DNA of 64,000 nt from assembly GCA_030704615.1 (NCBI GenBank), contig CM060734.1, positions 61,690,001 through 61,754,000 of the forward strand, in the 5' to 3' direction. Made by a program: the position numbers and the translations under genes. The DNA is from Takakia lepidozioides (Eukaryota; Plantae; Bryophyta). Shown here piece by piece: positions 28,860 through 41,484 of this stretch (position 1 is its first letter; the number at the start of each line of letters is the position of its first letter). Under the pieces are notes generated by a model. It did not search any database. It worked only from the letters and a program-made list of their open reading frames with translations, and had not been told where the DNA came from.

Positions 28860-31206
28860 ATCATTTTATCTCAAACAACTCGGCCTCTGCAATCAACTTC
28901 TCGTTGTCATCTAAGAGGACTTCCTCATTGTTCAAAAACTCGTTCATGGAAGAGCCCATGCAACCAACACGAGCATCATTCGGTCAATTCTTGACAATGC
29001 TCACAAGCATATCAAGGTTCTCAACACCTAACTTGCAACGTCGCAAGTTTGTAATAACACCTGCAATGCTAAAAACCCTCTCACATTCAATCTGAGATCC
29101 AACAATGCCCAACAGGAGACGTGTCAAATACCCCACATATGAAAATACAGATTCGTGCTCTTTTCACCATTTCAAATGAGCACTACACTCAATGTCGGTG
29201 ACCTTTTGCCTTTGGAAATGCGCAAGCTGATCTCTCACCACCATCAATGTCATATCCTCATATAGCTCTTCCAAACCAAACAATGACATGTCATCCTGAG
29301 TGGAATTTGGCTCTGGCTGGGCTGTAGTATCCGGGTGAAGGATCTTGAAACATTTGACCAAAAGAGGCTCCAACACCAAGGTGTCATATTGCCGAACAAT
29401 GATATGTCCCCGTTCTCTACCCACATATTGTGTCACCGAGGACAATCCCTTAAAACGCGGAACAAGCATCAGCGCCAACATATTGTGGGCTTTCAATGAT
29501 TGAACTCCTTCAAAAAATGAGAGAAATGACCCCAATACATGCACCACCTCTTGAGCCATCCTATATCCTAACAATTGCAACTCTGCATTTAAATCCCCAA
29601 TGCGATAATCCATTGTACCTGCCCCTCGAACAATATGTGCTCGCATACGTACACAAGTTGTAATGGCTGCAGTAAGAACATCAGACAACAGTCAGTATCC
29701 GCCTGACTGGTTCATAACACCTCATGAACCACAGGTCCGAGAACCGTGCAAATAGACTTTGCAATTGCCCACACTTGTGGGCTTGGTATGCGAGATTGCA
29801 AAGACAGTGAAGCTTGCCTTGAATAACAAGTAATGATGGCTTGCCGAAATTCCAAAGTTTCTTGAAAGATGATCACTTTGGAAGCAAACTTGGTTTTCAC
29901 TGGAGTCTTCAGCTTGCGAGGATGAATGCCATTGTCAACACATGCCGCATTCCATTAGACTTGCCTTCTATTTCCACTCTCTTGGTCCAAGTGATGGTCT
30001 TCTGCAACTCTGATTGAGCATCTTGTATAGACACAACCCTTGTATCCATGCACGCCTTTGCATTAGTCGTGGCATACTGACAACACTTGGACATTGCATG
30101 TCCAAAGCAGCTTCCCACAAATGGTGCAGACAATCCCAATGGGGCATAAGACACGTCTGCATTCAAAGCTGCTGTCAAAGTACCCAAATTACCTCCTTCA
30201 TCTTTGACATAAGCTATGATGTGCGAATTCAAACCATACTTTATCAAAAAATCATTCACTTGCCATGTCATGGCTGCCCCCGATGTATCAAGTGCCTCAA
30301 ACATTCCCAATGTCACATGGCATGGTTCCCATTGTTCATTAAAGAAGTGCACTATGATGACAAAAATATATGTTCCTCCTCTTGACATCCACAAATCAAA
30401 ACTGATAGTACAAGTTGCACAACTGGATATCAATGGGGAGATGTACAAGTCTTGTGTTTTAGCTGTTAGTGATGGGAGCGTCTCATTCAGAAGTGTGCGT
30501 CGAGAGGGAAAACTAGACGATCATTTTTGTCTCCCCACTACCCTTCGTAGCCATAGAGATTCGAATAAAGACAATCGCAACAACTCTTTTGCAATGAATT
30601 AGACCAAATCCTCGTTGAATCTTTTCTGCTGTTCATCATTTTTCTTGTATGGAATTCGATTGCCAAAGAAAGAAGATATGTTCCCTGGGGTAGGGCCAAG
30701 CCTCTTCTTCAAAGGTCTACGAGCATTCGGCCCATTTTTTTCCATTTCAATCGATTTACTAACCAAAGCCCCATGTTTCTGATTCACATGCTTGTGAAGA
30801 ACAGAGTTTCCATGGTCTTTGTTGTAATTCATACATCCTGGCATCTTTTCAAACACAGGAGTAGGATGACAAAACACACACCTCATATACTGCGGGTGTA
30901 TTGCATATACTAGACCCGCGTGGTAACTGCATATAACGCCCATGACGAAGCAGTGCGATTGTAAGGTTTCCAAAAATCACGTTGCTTGTTTAGGGTGGAA
31001 AACTGCTCTTCCTGGGACATTGAGCTGCTTGAATAATGTGATATTGTGGAAGACCCACCAACCGCTGAAGTGAGAGGAATTGATGAAGAAGACGATGCAC
31101 ATATAGCTCCTCCAAGCATAGAGCAATCTTCTATAGCTCCCGCATTGTTGACATTGCTGTCATGAACAACACCTCTCTCCAGTTCTTCAAAGATATTGGG
31201 CTCCAT
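28860..31206 (-). pseudogene. hAT transposase, disrupted
   Basis: BED-like finger (RCVFCH...LHKHVNQKH), ISFDLWMSRG, KDEGGN, CFGH, and the hATC dimerisation motif (SQIECERVFSIAG...RRCKLGVENLD), split by stops and frameshifts. Confidence 0.9.
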
Positions 31207-31994
31207 AACGTTGCAAATTTGGCTGGATATACTCCATGAATCAAATTAATCCCAATCCAACCCAATTCACACTTAAACATTCATACAATGCAAATTTGTA
31301 ATATAATTATATCAATGTGAGAGCCTAGTAAACTGCACAACACTGCACATAGTGGGGCTGGTCTTACGACATTAAATACCCAATCTCACAGGTAGAGCCA
31401 AATATTCAAGCAAGGGCATACATACAAGCTCTTGGGTAGCACAAGCACTCATACATTCAAAGTAGAGCACATGCATATAAATATAAAATAGGTCATTTCA
31501 GTCATTCAGCCCCTTCAGGCACCATGACAGATCCTCAAATGTGGAAATTCCGTTTTCAGGTGTCATGAGTGGCAATCAAATGCACACTAGGTACACCTCT
31601 TTCAGATTTTCTAATACTATCATAAGCCATTGGCTACAGTAGACTAGCCAAGAGAGCATGTACATTGACCATTTTCAGATTTCCTAATGCTAACACAAGG
31701 CACTGGCTACAGTAGACCAGCCAAGCTGCTTGGTTGCATTACTTTGTCATTCAAGGAAACAAAAAAAAAGAAAAAAAAAGAAAAAAAAAAAAACTAAAAG
31801 GGCTTAGCACAAGTTGCTTGGTTGCATTAATTTGCCATGAAAGGAAGAAGAGAGAGAAATGGAGGGCTAAAGGCCCTAGCATAAGCTTCTTGGCTACACA
31901 ACTTTGTCATGAAGGACAAAAAAAAGGGAGGGCTAACCTCCAAGGAGGTTGTTGTGCTGATTGCGCTGCTCCCTTCCCCACGTACCCGTACCCG

Positions 31995-32560
31995 GTTGCT
32001 CCCTCCCCCGCGCGCTAGTGCGATGCTCCTTCCCCCACGCGCTGAGGTGTTGCTCCCTCCCCCGCGCGCTAGTGCGATGCTCCTTCCCCCACGCGCTGAG
32101 GTGTTGCTCCCTCCCCCACGCTACTGCAGCACATCGCGCAAGTGGGAGGAGGTGAGAGACGATACAACGTGGAAAACAAAACAAAACCAAACAAAACCAA
32201 AAAAAAAAAAACTGCCTACGTTGTTACCTCCCCCCCTGCGCTGCCTACGCTGCTCTGGCCTCCCCCACGCACTAAGACGCTGCTCCCTCCCCCGCACTGA
32301 TGCTCGCGTTGTTGTAGCACATTGCGCAGGTAGGAGGTGCGAGATCATAGAACCAGGAAAACCAAACCAAAAGCAAAAAAAAAACGCTGCTACCTCGCCC
32401 CCACGCCGCTACGTTGCTCCCTCCCTCACGCGCTGAGGCGCTGCTCCCTCCCCCATGTGCTGGTGCGTTGATCCCTCTCCCCCGCACTGAGGTGTGCTGA
32501 TCCCTCCTCCCCAGACTGCTATGCACTGCTCCCTCCCCCGTGCTGAAGTCGCGCTATTGC
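31995..32560. repeat. 54-bp tandem repeat and dispersed CTCCCTCCCCC motifs in the hAT 5' region
   Basis: TTGCTCCCTCCCCCGCGCGCTAGTGCGATGCTCCTTCCCCCACGCGCTGAGGTG occurs twice, plus degenerate copies. Confidence 0.75.
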
Positions 32561-32786
32561 AGCATATCGCGCAGATTGGAGGTAGAAGACGACAAATCGC
32601 GGAAATAAATAAATAAATAAATAAAATCCCTAGTGCGGGAACCGGATCCGGAACCACCACTCACCCCCCCCCCCCCCCCGGTTCCAGTTCCCAGCCGGCT
32701 CCTAAAAAAATCCGTACCCGCTCGTTCCGGTTCTGCTCCCCCAGTTCCAGTTCCAGTACCGATTCCCAAGAACCGGAACCGGAACC

Positions 32787-33814
32787 TGTTAGAGGGCTGC
32801 TTGGGACTTAGACGCTTTTACGGGATCTGTGGGGTACCCTTAATTTTTACACAGACTGAGCCCAACAGGAGCCTTAGGGGTGACAGCAACAGGCTTTAGG
32901 GGGGGAGATACACAGCCCGACACAGTCCATCACAGTCCAACACAGCCGACACAGTCACCACAGCCGTCACAGCTTCGCACAGCCAACACAGCCCGTCACA
33001 GCCGATCACAGCTTCGCACAGCCAACACAGCCCGTCACAGCCGACCACAGCTTCGCACCGCCGACACAGCCAGTCACAGCCCGACACAACCGCCACAGCT
33101 TTGCACAGCCCTACACAGCCCGACACAGCCAGTCACAGCCCGCCACAACCTGATACAACCAGTCACAGCTCGGCACAGCTGGGGGTTAGTTATCATTGGC
33201 AGGGAACGACTTTGGGGGAACGACATCTGAAAAAGGAACGTGTACTACAGGGATGACGGTTAGTTAGGAAAGCGGTTAGAACAGCTTGTAGGTAGAAAAA
33301 GCAAAGAGCGGGGAGGTCGGGGGATCACTTCTTGGTGGGGGACTTATGGCATCAAGGCTTGGAAATAGAGGGGAGAGCACATCTCTGAGTGGAAAGATGA
33401 AGAGCACGGAGTAGGAGAAGTGACGATCTGTTATTACTTGATGAATGCAAGCTGTAGAATTGTAATGTAGAGTAGATTAGAGACACCATGGCTTCAGCCT
33501 GATACTTGATAGATATTAATCTGATACATACTTCATACTCACACTGTGTAGAGAGACCTGAGTGAAGCTGTGGAATGAATGGATGGAACTTGATAGATTT
33601 CTGAAGCAAACTGATACTTAATTGCAGATAGTAAGGTAACTCGCTAACATGAATGTGGGAATGAGTACAAATAGAAAACACCCCCATGATACACTAGCTG
33701 TAGGTCATGACTGATTGTTCTGAGCGGGCTGAGTGCTTAGAGATTTCCAACTCTTATATCTTGGAGTTCCCACCTCGGATAGTGAAGGGATGGGTGAGTA
33801 AAAGCCGCTCGACA
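32787..33814 (+). repeat. 5' LTR (1028 bp) containing a CACAGCC tandem array
   Basis: Direct repeat of 45060-46138; array at about 32909-33180. Confidence 0.97.
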
Positions 33815-33839
33815 TTTGGCGACCATACTGGGGAACTGG

Positions 33840-36800
33840 GTCATGAACAACCAGATGTGACAGGCATCTGGTGGGATCATGGTGGTTGGAGAATTAAAGA
33901 ATTTGATCTGAATCAAATTCCCTGTGAAACTGAAAAGGAAAGATTGTCAAAACGATTCTTTCAGAGGTTCTTGGAATTGCCAGACGGTTGTAAAGAAAAC
34001 ATTCTTAAGAGAGTGCATGATGCTGACCCTGAGTGGGGTCTGGAGAAAAGAGTGATAAAGATTTATCAGGTGGCCTGTAGAGGAAGAGCACGTTGGTTAC
34101 CAACACTGGTTTATGTGATAGCATTGCTATCCATTAAGCGAGTAGAGTTTGAAGGTTGGGAGGAAAGAAAGGTGAATGTTTATACTCATATGCATGAAGA
34201 GCTTGTACTGGTAAAGAATTGGATTCCAAAGGATATTTTGTGGATCAAACTCACACCAAGAACAGCTTTCCAGACTTGTTTGCCATATGGTTATATGGTA
34301 ACGGAGACTTCTAGTATAGCCAAGGGTGCATTGAAGCTTGAAAGAAACCCAGGCATATACGAGAGATATTATAGAAGAGAGTTTTGGTTATTGCCACATT
34401 AAAAGAAATGAAAGACATGGGACATGAGTGATGAAAGAGAAGCTAGACTCCAGAGATATTCATCAAAAAGGGAAAGCTATCTGAAAGCTAATTATCCATA
34501 TCTTTGGGAGAGATGAATAGACATAGGGGAATCATCTGGACCTCTCACACCATTAAGATCAGAGAGTACATCACCCATACCGGAAGAACTAGAGTTGGAT
34601 GCCACTCCTTCTTTTTCTTTGCAAGAAAGATTAAGGGAATTGGTATGGGAAGAAGATCAATCACGAGGTGAAAGATCTGAGGTACATCCCTGGATAAAAG
34701 ATTTGACAGAAATCTTTGATAAGAGTTGGCAGGGAACACCAAAAGCAGGAACTCCAGCTTCTGAAGCGGAGGGTGAAGAAGGAGGAGAGGATGTGGCAGA
34801 GCCAACGGAGAGTTCAGACTCTCCAACACCATTGCAGTTGAGTTACATGAGTTATGAAGAAACCCAAGGGCAGAACTTGGAGGATGAAAATAGAGAGAAG
34901 AAATTGGAAGAGGAAGAGTATGAAGAAGTAGACCCAACAGCTGAGGTTGAGACTACAACCAGGACATCCCAACCCGTTGGACCTGGATCAAGTGGAGCAC
35001 TTGGATCACAGGCCAACGAAGGTGTCGGCTCAGGGGGATCAGGCGGGCTGCCTGGATCTGGCTCTGGGGGGACAGGGAGTGTGGGAAGTATTGCAACTGG
35101 AGCTGGGAATACTGTGAATATCGTGGGGCCAGTAGCAAGGAGTGCTCAGGGGCCACCACTTGGTGGAAGATCCACCACAACTACAACAGGTCCTCAAGGA
35201 CCAGCACCAGCAAGTGCCAGCACCTGTCAGTGGGCAGAAGGAAGGGCCACAGATGGCGTTACAACCAACACGGGCAAATCCACCTTTTCCAATATATTCA
35301 GGAAAAGGGGATCCCGATGTACACATTAGCCAATTTGAGCACATGTGTACAGTGAACAATAAGAATGGCGATGATGCCAAGATGAGATTGTTTCCTTGTT
35401 CACTTATCAAGAAAGCAAGTGAATGGTATGCAAGATTCCCTGATAATCATTTCCTAACATGGAATGGCTTGAATACAGCATTCCGAAATAGGTTCAGGAC
35501 AAGTAAAACTGAGGATGAAGTGTATGGAAGTTTACTAAAGTTAAAGCAAAAGAAGCATGAAACTGTTGAAGAGTATATGGAAAAGATGGAATTGATGATG
35601 AAAAAGCTGGCTGCTGTACCAGCACCAGGTTTACAGAAGACTTGGTTTGTGAGTGGACTAAGACCAGAGTTGCAAAAGAAAGTGGATATGTTACCCCATA
35701 ATACAGTGGAGGAGGCATTTGAAACAACAAACAGAATTGAGCAATTGGGAATGCTCATGAGAGAGAAAAGGGATGATGAGGACTCTGAGGATGAGTCAGA
35801 TGAGAAAGAAGAGCAAGAGCTGAAAAGGAAGAGTAAGAGGAAGGAGAAGTTGAAGAGGGATAACTATGAGAAAAGATTAGAAGAAATCTTGAAGAAGTAT
35901 GCCACAGAGGCTGCAACACATTGGAGGAAGGGTGTTTGGTGTGCAAAGTGCCAGAATGAAGGCCATACCACCACTGAATGCCACATGAAGGAGAAACATT
36001 GTACTATCTGTAAAATGGATAACCATTCTACTGAGAATTGTTACTACAACAGAATGACAGCAGTTAGAGAACCTAGGCAAGTAAGGGTGCATCAAGTGCA
36101 GCCCCAGCCAAGAAGAAATAGTGATCAGGACCACTATGGTAGGTCTGGTGGTTATAACAATGGCATGGAAGGGAGAGGTAATTCAAGAGGGAATTACCAA
36201 GGAAATTCCAGAGGCAACTATCAGGGTAATCCAAGGGGGAATTACCAGCCAGGGAATCAGGATTACAGAAATAATCCAAGAGCAGACCAAGGGCAAGGAC
36301 CCAATGGTGAAGAACTGTGTTACTATTGTAATCAGCCAGGACATCGCAAGGCAGCCTGTTCATTCTGGATTAGACACCAGAATGAGATGAGAGCTCCTGT
36401 GAATGAGGGCCCAGTGGTGGCAGCTCACATGGTTAGGCCATGTGTTGTACCAGAAGTAAGTACAATGATAGTAACAAGAAGCAAAGCCAAACTAATACCT
36501 CCAGTGGTTGAGGAAGATGATGATAATGAAGATGGCAGTGATATGCCTGAAGATGATGAGGCTTGGAGAGATGAGAAGGAACTGCACAAGGAAGTGGCAG
36601 ATACCATAAGGGAAATGCAAAAGAGTACTGATATTCCTGTGGCAGATTCCTCTGATTCTGATGGAGAAGAAGAAGTGAGTGAGGACGAAAGGAAGAAAGA
36701 AGCTGCAGACATGCAAAGTAATGAAGGGACTTTGGCTGAAGTAATATGCCAGACCAGAGCAGAGATTACCATTGGACAGCTATTGGCTGTGGCACCTAGA

Positions 36801-39800
36801 CACAGGCTGTATCAAGCAATCAATCGAATTGCCCAGGAGACAGGAAACACAGACCTGAACAGCAAGGTGACCAGTTATAATGTGAAGCCGGAAGGGCGAG
36901 AAACAGTCATGGACTTTGATGATTCTATGCCCGTAATCCAATTGAGAATTGGAAGCACAGAACTAACTGATGTACTGATAGATGGAGGCTCTGGAGTAAA
37001 TATCATGACAGACCAATTAAGGAAGAAGCTTGGTCTAAGTAACATGAAACCAGCCCCATTTACAGTAACAATGGCAGATCAAAGAAGTGTACAACAATTG
37101 GGATTAATAAGAGGAGTTAAGATACAGATACAAAAGATGATCTTTATGATCACAGTGACTCTGTTGAAGATGGATGAAGTCATGGAGGCTTACTCCTTAT
37201 TATTGGGACGTCCGTGGCTGAAACAGGCCAGGGTATTCCATGACTGGAATTCTCAATTACTAACTGTGGATAATGGGATGCACAAGATACAAATTACTAC
37301 TAAGAAATCTAGCAGATTACCTGCTACGAGAAGACCTCGAGGGGTCAGGGAGTATGACTGGAGGGGAGGACTGGATGAGGAGCAGGAAGCTACTCTGTTC
37401 GCTGCACACCCAGAGTGGGAGCAGGTTGCAGAGATGCAGCTGGAAGGCCTAAGTTGTTTAAAAAGTATCTGCTGTGGTATAGTGACAGCAACACCAATTG
37501 AAGGAGAAATAAGCAGTTACCCACCACATTTTTATGAAGAAAGAGAAGGAGAAATGGAAATCCTAGAGGAACCAGCCACTGTGAGTTTACAGGATGAAGT
37601 GATGACTGGTTGGACAATCACAACTGATGAGCAGGTGAGAGAAGTGAATGTGGGAACTGAAGAGGAACCGAGGATGGTGAAGGTAGGAGCTGATTTGGAG
37701 CCAGAATTCTTTGAGGAAGCTAAGAGTTTGTTCATCAAATACAGAGATGTATTTGCTTGGAGCTACGAGGATCTAAAAGGGATACCACCTGAGATCTGTC
37801 AGCATAAGATTGAATTGGAACCAGGGTCAGTACCAATCAAACAGGCAAGGTACAGAATGAATCCCAACTATGCACAGAAGGTTGGAGAAGAGATCAAGAA
37901 GTTGGCTAGGCTAAGTTTATATACCCAATAGAGTATACAACTTGGTTGTCACCCATTGTGATAGTTCCCAAGAAGAATGGTAAACTGAGAGTTTGTGTGA
38001 ACTATAAGAAGTTGAATGCTTGCACGAAGAAAGATCCATTTCCCTTGCCATTCACAGAAGCAGTATTGGACACTGTGGCAGGCCATGAGATGTACTCATT
38101 CATGGATGGCTTCAGTGGTTATAATCAAGTGCAAGTGGCAGAAGAAGACCAGGGAAATACAGCTTTCATCACAGACTGGGGTGCTTATGCATACAAAGTC
38201 ATGCCTTTTGGACTTTGTAATGCACCAGCAACCTTTCAGAGAGTGATAAGTGAATCTTTTCATGAGTATCTGGATGATTTCATGCAGGTGTTCTTGGATG
38301 ATTTCAGTGTGTACAGCTCTAAGAATGAGCACTTGCATAAATTGGAGTTATGTCTGGCCAGATGCAGAATGAGAGGTCTGGGCCTGAATCCAGAGAAGTG
38401 TACTTTCTGTGTGAACTCAGGGGTGCTTCTGGGACACATTGTGTGTAAGAGGGGACTTCTTGTGGATCCCAAGAAGACAGAGGCCTAAGAATCTAAGGAG
38501 ATTTCTTGGACAAACCAGTTATTACAGAAGATTTGTCAAAAGGTATGCACAGATAGCAGCACCATTGAGCAAGCTTCTGAAGAAAGATGCAGTGTTTGCA
38601 TGGACAGCTGAATGTCAACAGGCTTTTGAGGAACTTACATTGTCAGTAACAACTACACCTGTGCTGATTAACCCTCACTGGCATGTGGTATTTCATGTTC
38701 ACTGTGATGCCTCAGGAGAAGCGTTGGGAGCGGTGTTAGCCCAGAATGTTACATGAAATATAGATTCACCTGTGTACTATGCTAGCAGGTTGATGAACAG
38801 TGCTGAAAGGAACTATAGCACAACTGAAAGAGAAGCACTGGCAATGATTTATGCAGTCAAGAAATTCAGGCATTACCTATTGGGAAGAAAGTTTATGTTT
38901 TATGTGGATCACCAGGCTCTGATATATCTGGTGAACAAACCTTTGATAAGTGGAAGGATAGCGAGGTGGTTAATAATCTTGCACGAGTTTGAGTTCGAAG
39001 TTGTTTACAAGCCTGGCTGTTTGCATCTTGTGGCAGATCATTTGTCACGACTAACAACAGGAGAGGCCGCCACAGGAGTAGACGATCAGTTACCTGATGC
39101 GAGTTTATTTGTAATGGAGGTGCAAGGAAGTGCAGATGAATGGTTAGATTGGCAGTGGCCAATCAAATACTACCTTACTCATGGTCAGTGCCCACCTAGT
39201 TATGGTAAAGAGCAGAGGAAGAGAATCGCTATCAAGGCTTTACCTTATACTATGGTAGGAGGCAGAATGTATAAGCTAGGACCTAATGGAGTACTTAAAC
39301 GATGCTTGTACCACCATGAAGTAATAAAGTTTTGGAGGAAGTTCATAAAGGAGTGGCTGGAGGTCATTTTGGAGAAGAGACTACCAGTAGGAAGATACTA
39401 CTTGCAGGTTACTGGTGGCCTACTTTGTTCAAAGATGTACACAAGTATTGTCAGAGTTGTGATGAATGTCAGAGGCTAGGACCTTTGCAGAGATCTGGGA
39501 AGATGGCTTTGCATCCTACAATGCCTACGGAACCATTTCAGAAATGGGGACTAGACTTTGTTGGACCAATTAACCCACCAGCCAAGAATACACAGAACAG
39601 GTACATAATTACAGCCACTGATTATACTACGAAGTGGGTGGAAGCTAAAGCTTTGAGGGACAACACAGCCAAGTCCACAGCAAGGTTCCTGTATGAGAAC
39701 ATACTTACACGATTTGGCTGTCCCTTGGAATTTATCAGTGATCAGGGAAGTCACTTCATTAATGAGACCATTGAACTATTGACTAAAGAGTTCATGATTG

Positions 39801-40310
39801 TGCATAGGAAGAGTACAACGTATTACCCACAGGGTAATGGGCAGGCAGAGGCTACCAACAAAATACTATGTATTATCTTGGCTAAGATAGTCAATGCAAA
39901 CAGAACGGATTGGGATACAAAGCTGCTGACAGCTTTGTGGTCATACAGGACTTCCTATAAAGTCACCACTAAGTATACACCATTCCAATTAGTTTATGGT
40001 ATGGAAGCTTTACTTCCAGTGGAATTCCTGTTACCTACCATGAGAACGGAATGGGGAAAGAGAATAGAATTGCAAGATTCAATTAAGGTCAGGAAACATG
40101 AATTATACCATGTGGAAGAAGTACGTGCTGATGCAGCTGATAACATGACCAGAATTCAGATGAAGAGAAAGGAACAGTTTGATGAAGACAAGTTAAAAAC
40201 TTTTAAGACGAGAGATTTGGTTCTCTGGTTGCAGAAGAAAAGAAAGATTAAAGCTTCATTAACAAAGAGATGCTGGGAAGAGTCAATGCCAATAAGTTGA
40301 AGGGGTACAG
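33840..40310 (+). pseudogene. Gypsy gag-pol with a long N-terminal extension, disrupted
   Basis: Gag (FPIYSGKGDPDVH...), CCHC knuckles, protease LIDGGSGVN, RT (SFMDGFSGYNQ, FLDD), RNase H (CDAS, TEREALA), integrase (H..GH..C..C, WGLDFVGP, SDQG, QAEATNK). Several stops and frameshifts. Confidence 0.93.
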
Positions 40311-40454
40311 TGGTATCCATGATAAACCATTGCAGCATGATTTGCATGTTGAAACGCAGAAGCAGTCACGGGCTGCGCCAGTGATACCAACGGAGTATGG
40401 AGCACTTGTTGCTAGGCTGGGCGTATATGACCAGGGCGGGCAGTACAAGCGCGA

Positions 40455-40745
40455 AACAGCCTATCATAGCCTATCACGGTGTGGCACAGCCTATCACAGC
40501 CCATCACGGCGCGACACAGCCTATCACAGCCCATCACGGCACGACACAGCCTATCACAGCCCATCACGGCGCAACACAGCCTATCACAGCCCATCACGGC
40601 GCGACACAGCCTATCACAACCCACACACAGCCTATCACAACCCACCACAGTGTGTCACAGCCTATCACAGCTTACCACAGTGCCACACAGCCTATCACAG
40701 CGTACCACAGTATGACACAGCCTGTCACAGCTCGACACAGCCTAC
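40455..40745 (+). repeat. Internal minisatellite (30-bp unit GACACAGCCTATCACAGCCCATCACGGCGC, decaying)
   Basis: Visible directly; translates as repeated TAYHSPSRRD. Confidence 0.92.
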
Positions 40746-41484
40746 TGGGGTTACACAATCCATAGGATCAGTGACAGGTGGATGTGGGTTAACATCCGGA
40801 GAGTGGCCGGCGGAAAAGTGGACGGAGGCACGTTTAGAAATGGACACGTGGACGTCAAGGCGAGACACACAGCCGGACATGGATTGCAAGAGCGACTGTC
40901 ATCAAGGAAGAAGACAAAATTGGCCGTCAAAGTACCTACCCGGCACATTAACATATTATGGGCCCATTAATGCATACAGGGAAAGGGTAACGGAACCCTT
41001 TAAAAGTACCGAAAAGCGAAATCCATGTCACATGTGCTATCTTAGTGGACAATCCAGAGTGGAAAATCCATGGAAGAAAATTAAATTACAAAACAAATCA
41101 CACAGCCAACAGCCAATCATGAGCCAGAATTACCTGCAGAAGGTATTTTCCAAGAAGAGAAATCAAGAAATTGGAAGGATTCTGAGCGTAAGAGTCGGCG
41201 TCGTTCCAAGTAACGGGCGTCTCGTCAGGAGAGACAATCAAAGCTATAGCTTTGAAGCTATGGCGGAAATAACAGACTACATGCTCGCCTTACTACTTAC
41301 GCAGTGGCATAAGGACAGACGAACGGAGAGTACATTTTCTCTAAATCGCTACTTGCAAGCCCCGCAGGCTTACAAGCACTTACCCATTTCATTCTGCGCC
41401 AACCATACTTTTATGCTTTATGTCCTGCAGGCGTTTCTTCAGTTGTTGCAACCAAAACCTGTCTGTTTGTCCATACTGAAGAGA

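Noticed and set aside
31734-33230. Pro-rich and repeat ORFs
   Set aside because: Translations of hAT subterminal repeats and the LTR tandem array.
40270-41480. 452-aa ORF with TAYHS repeats as a real protein
   Set aside because: It is an open frame running through the integrase tail and a stop-free minisatellite. Only the part from about 41485 looks coding.
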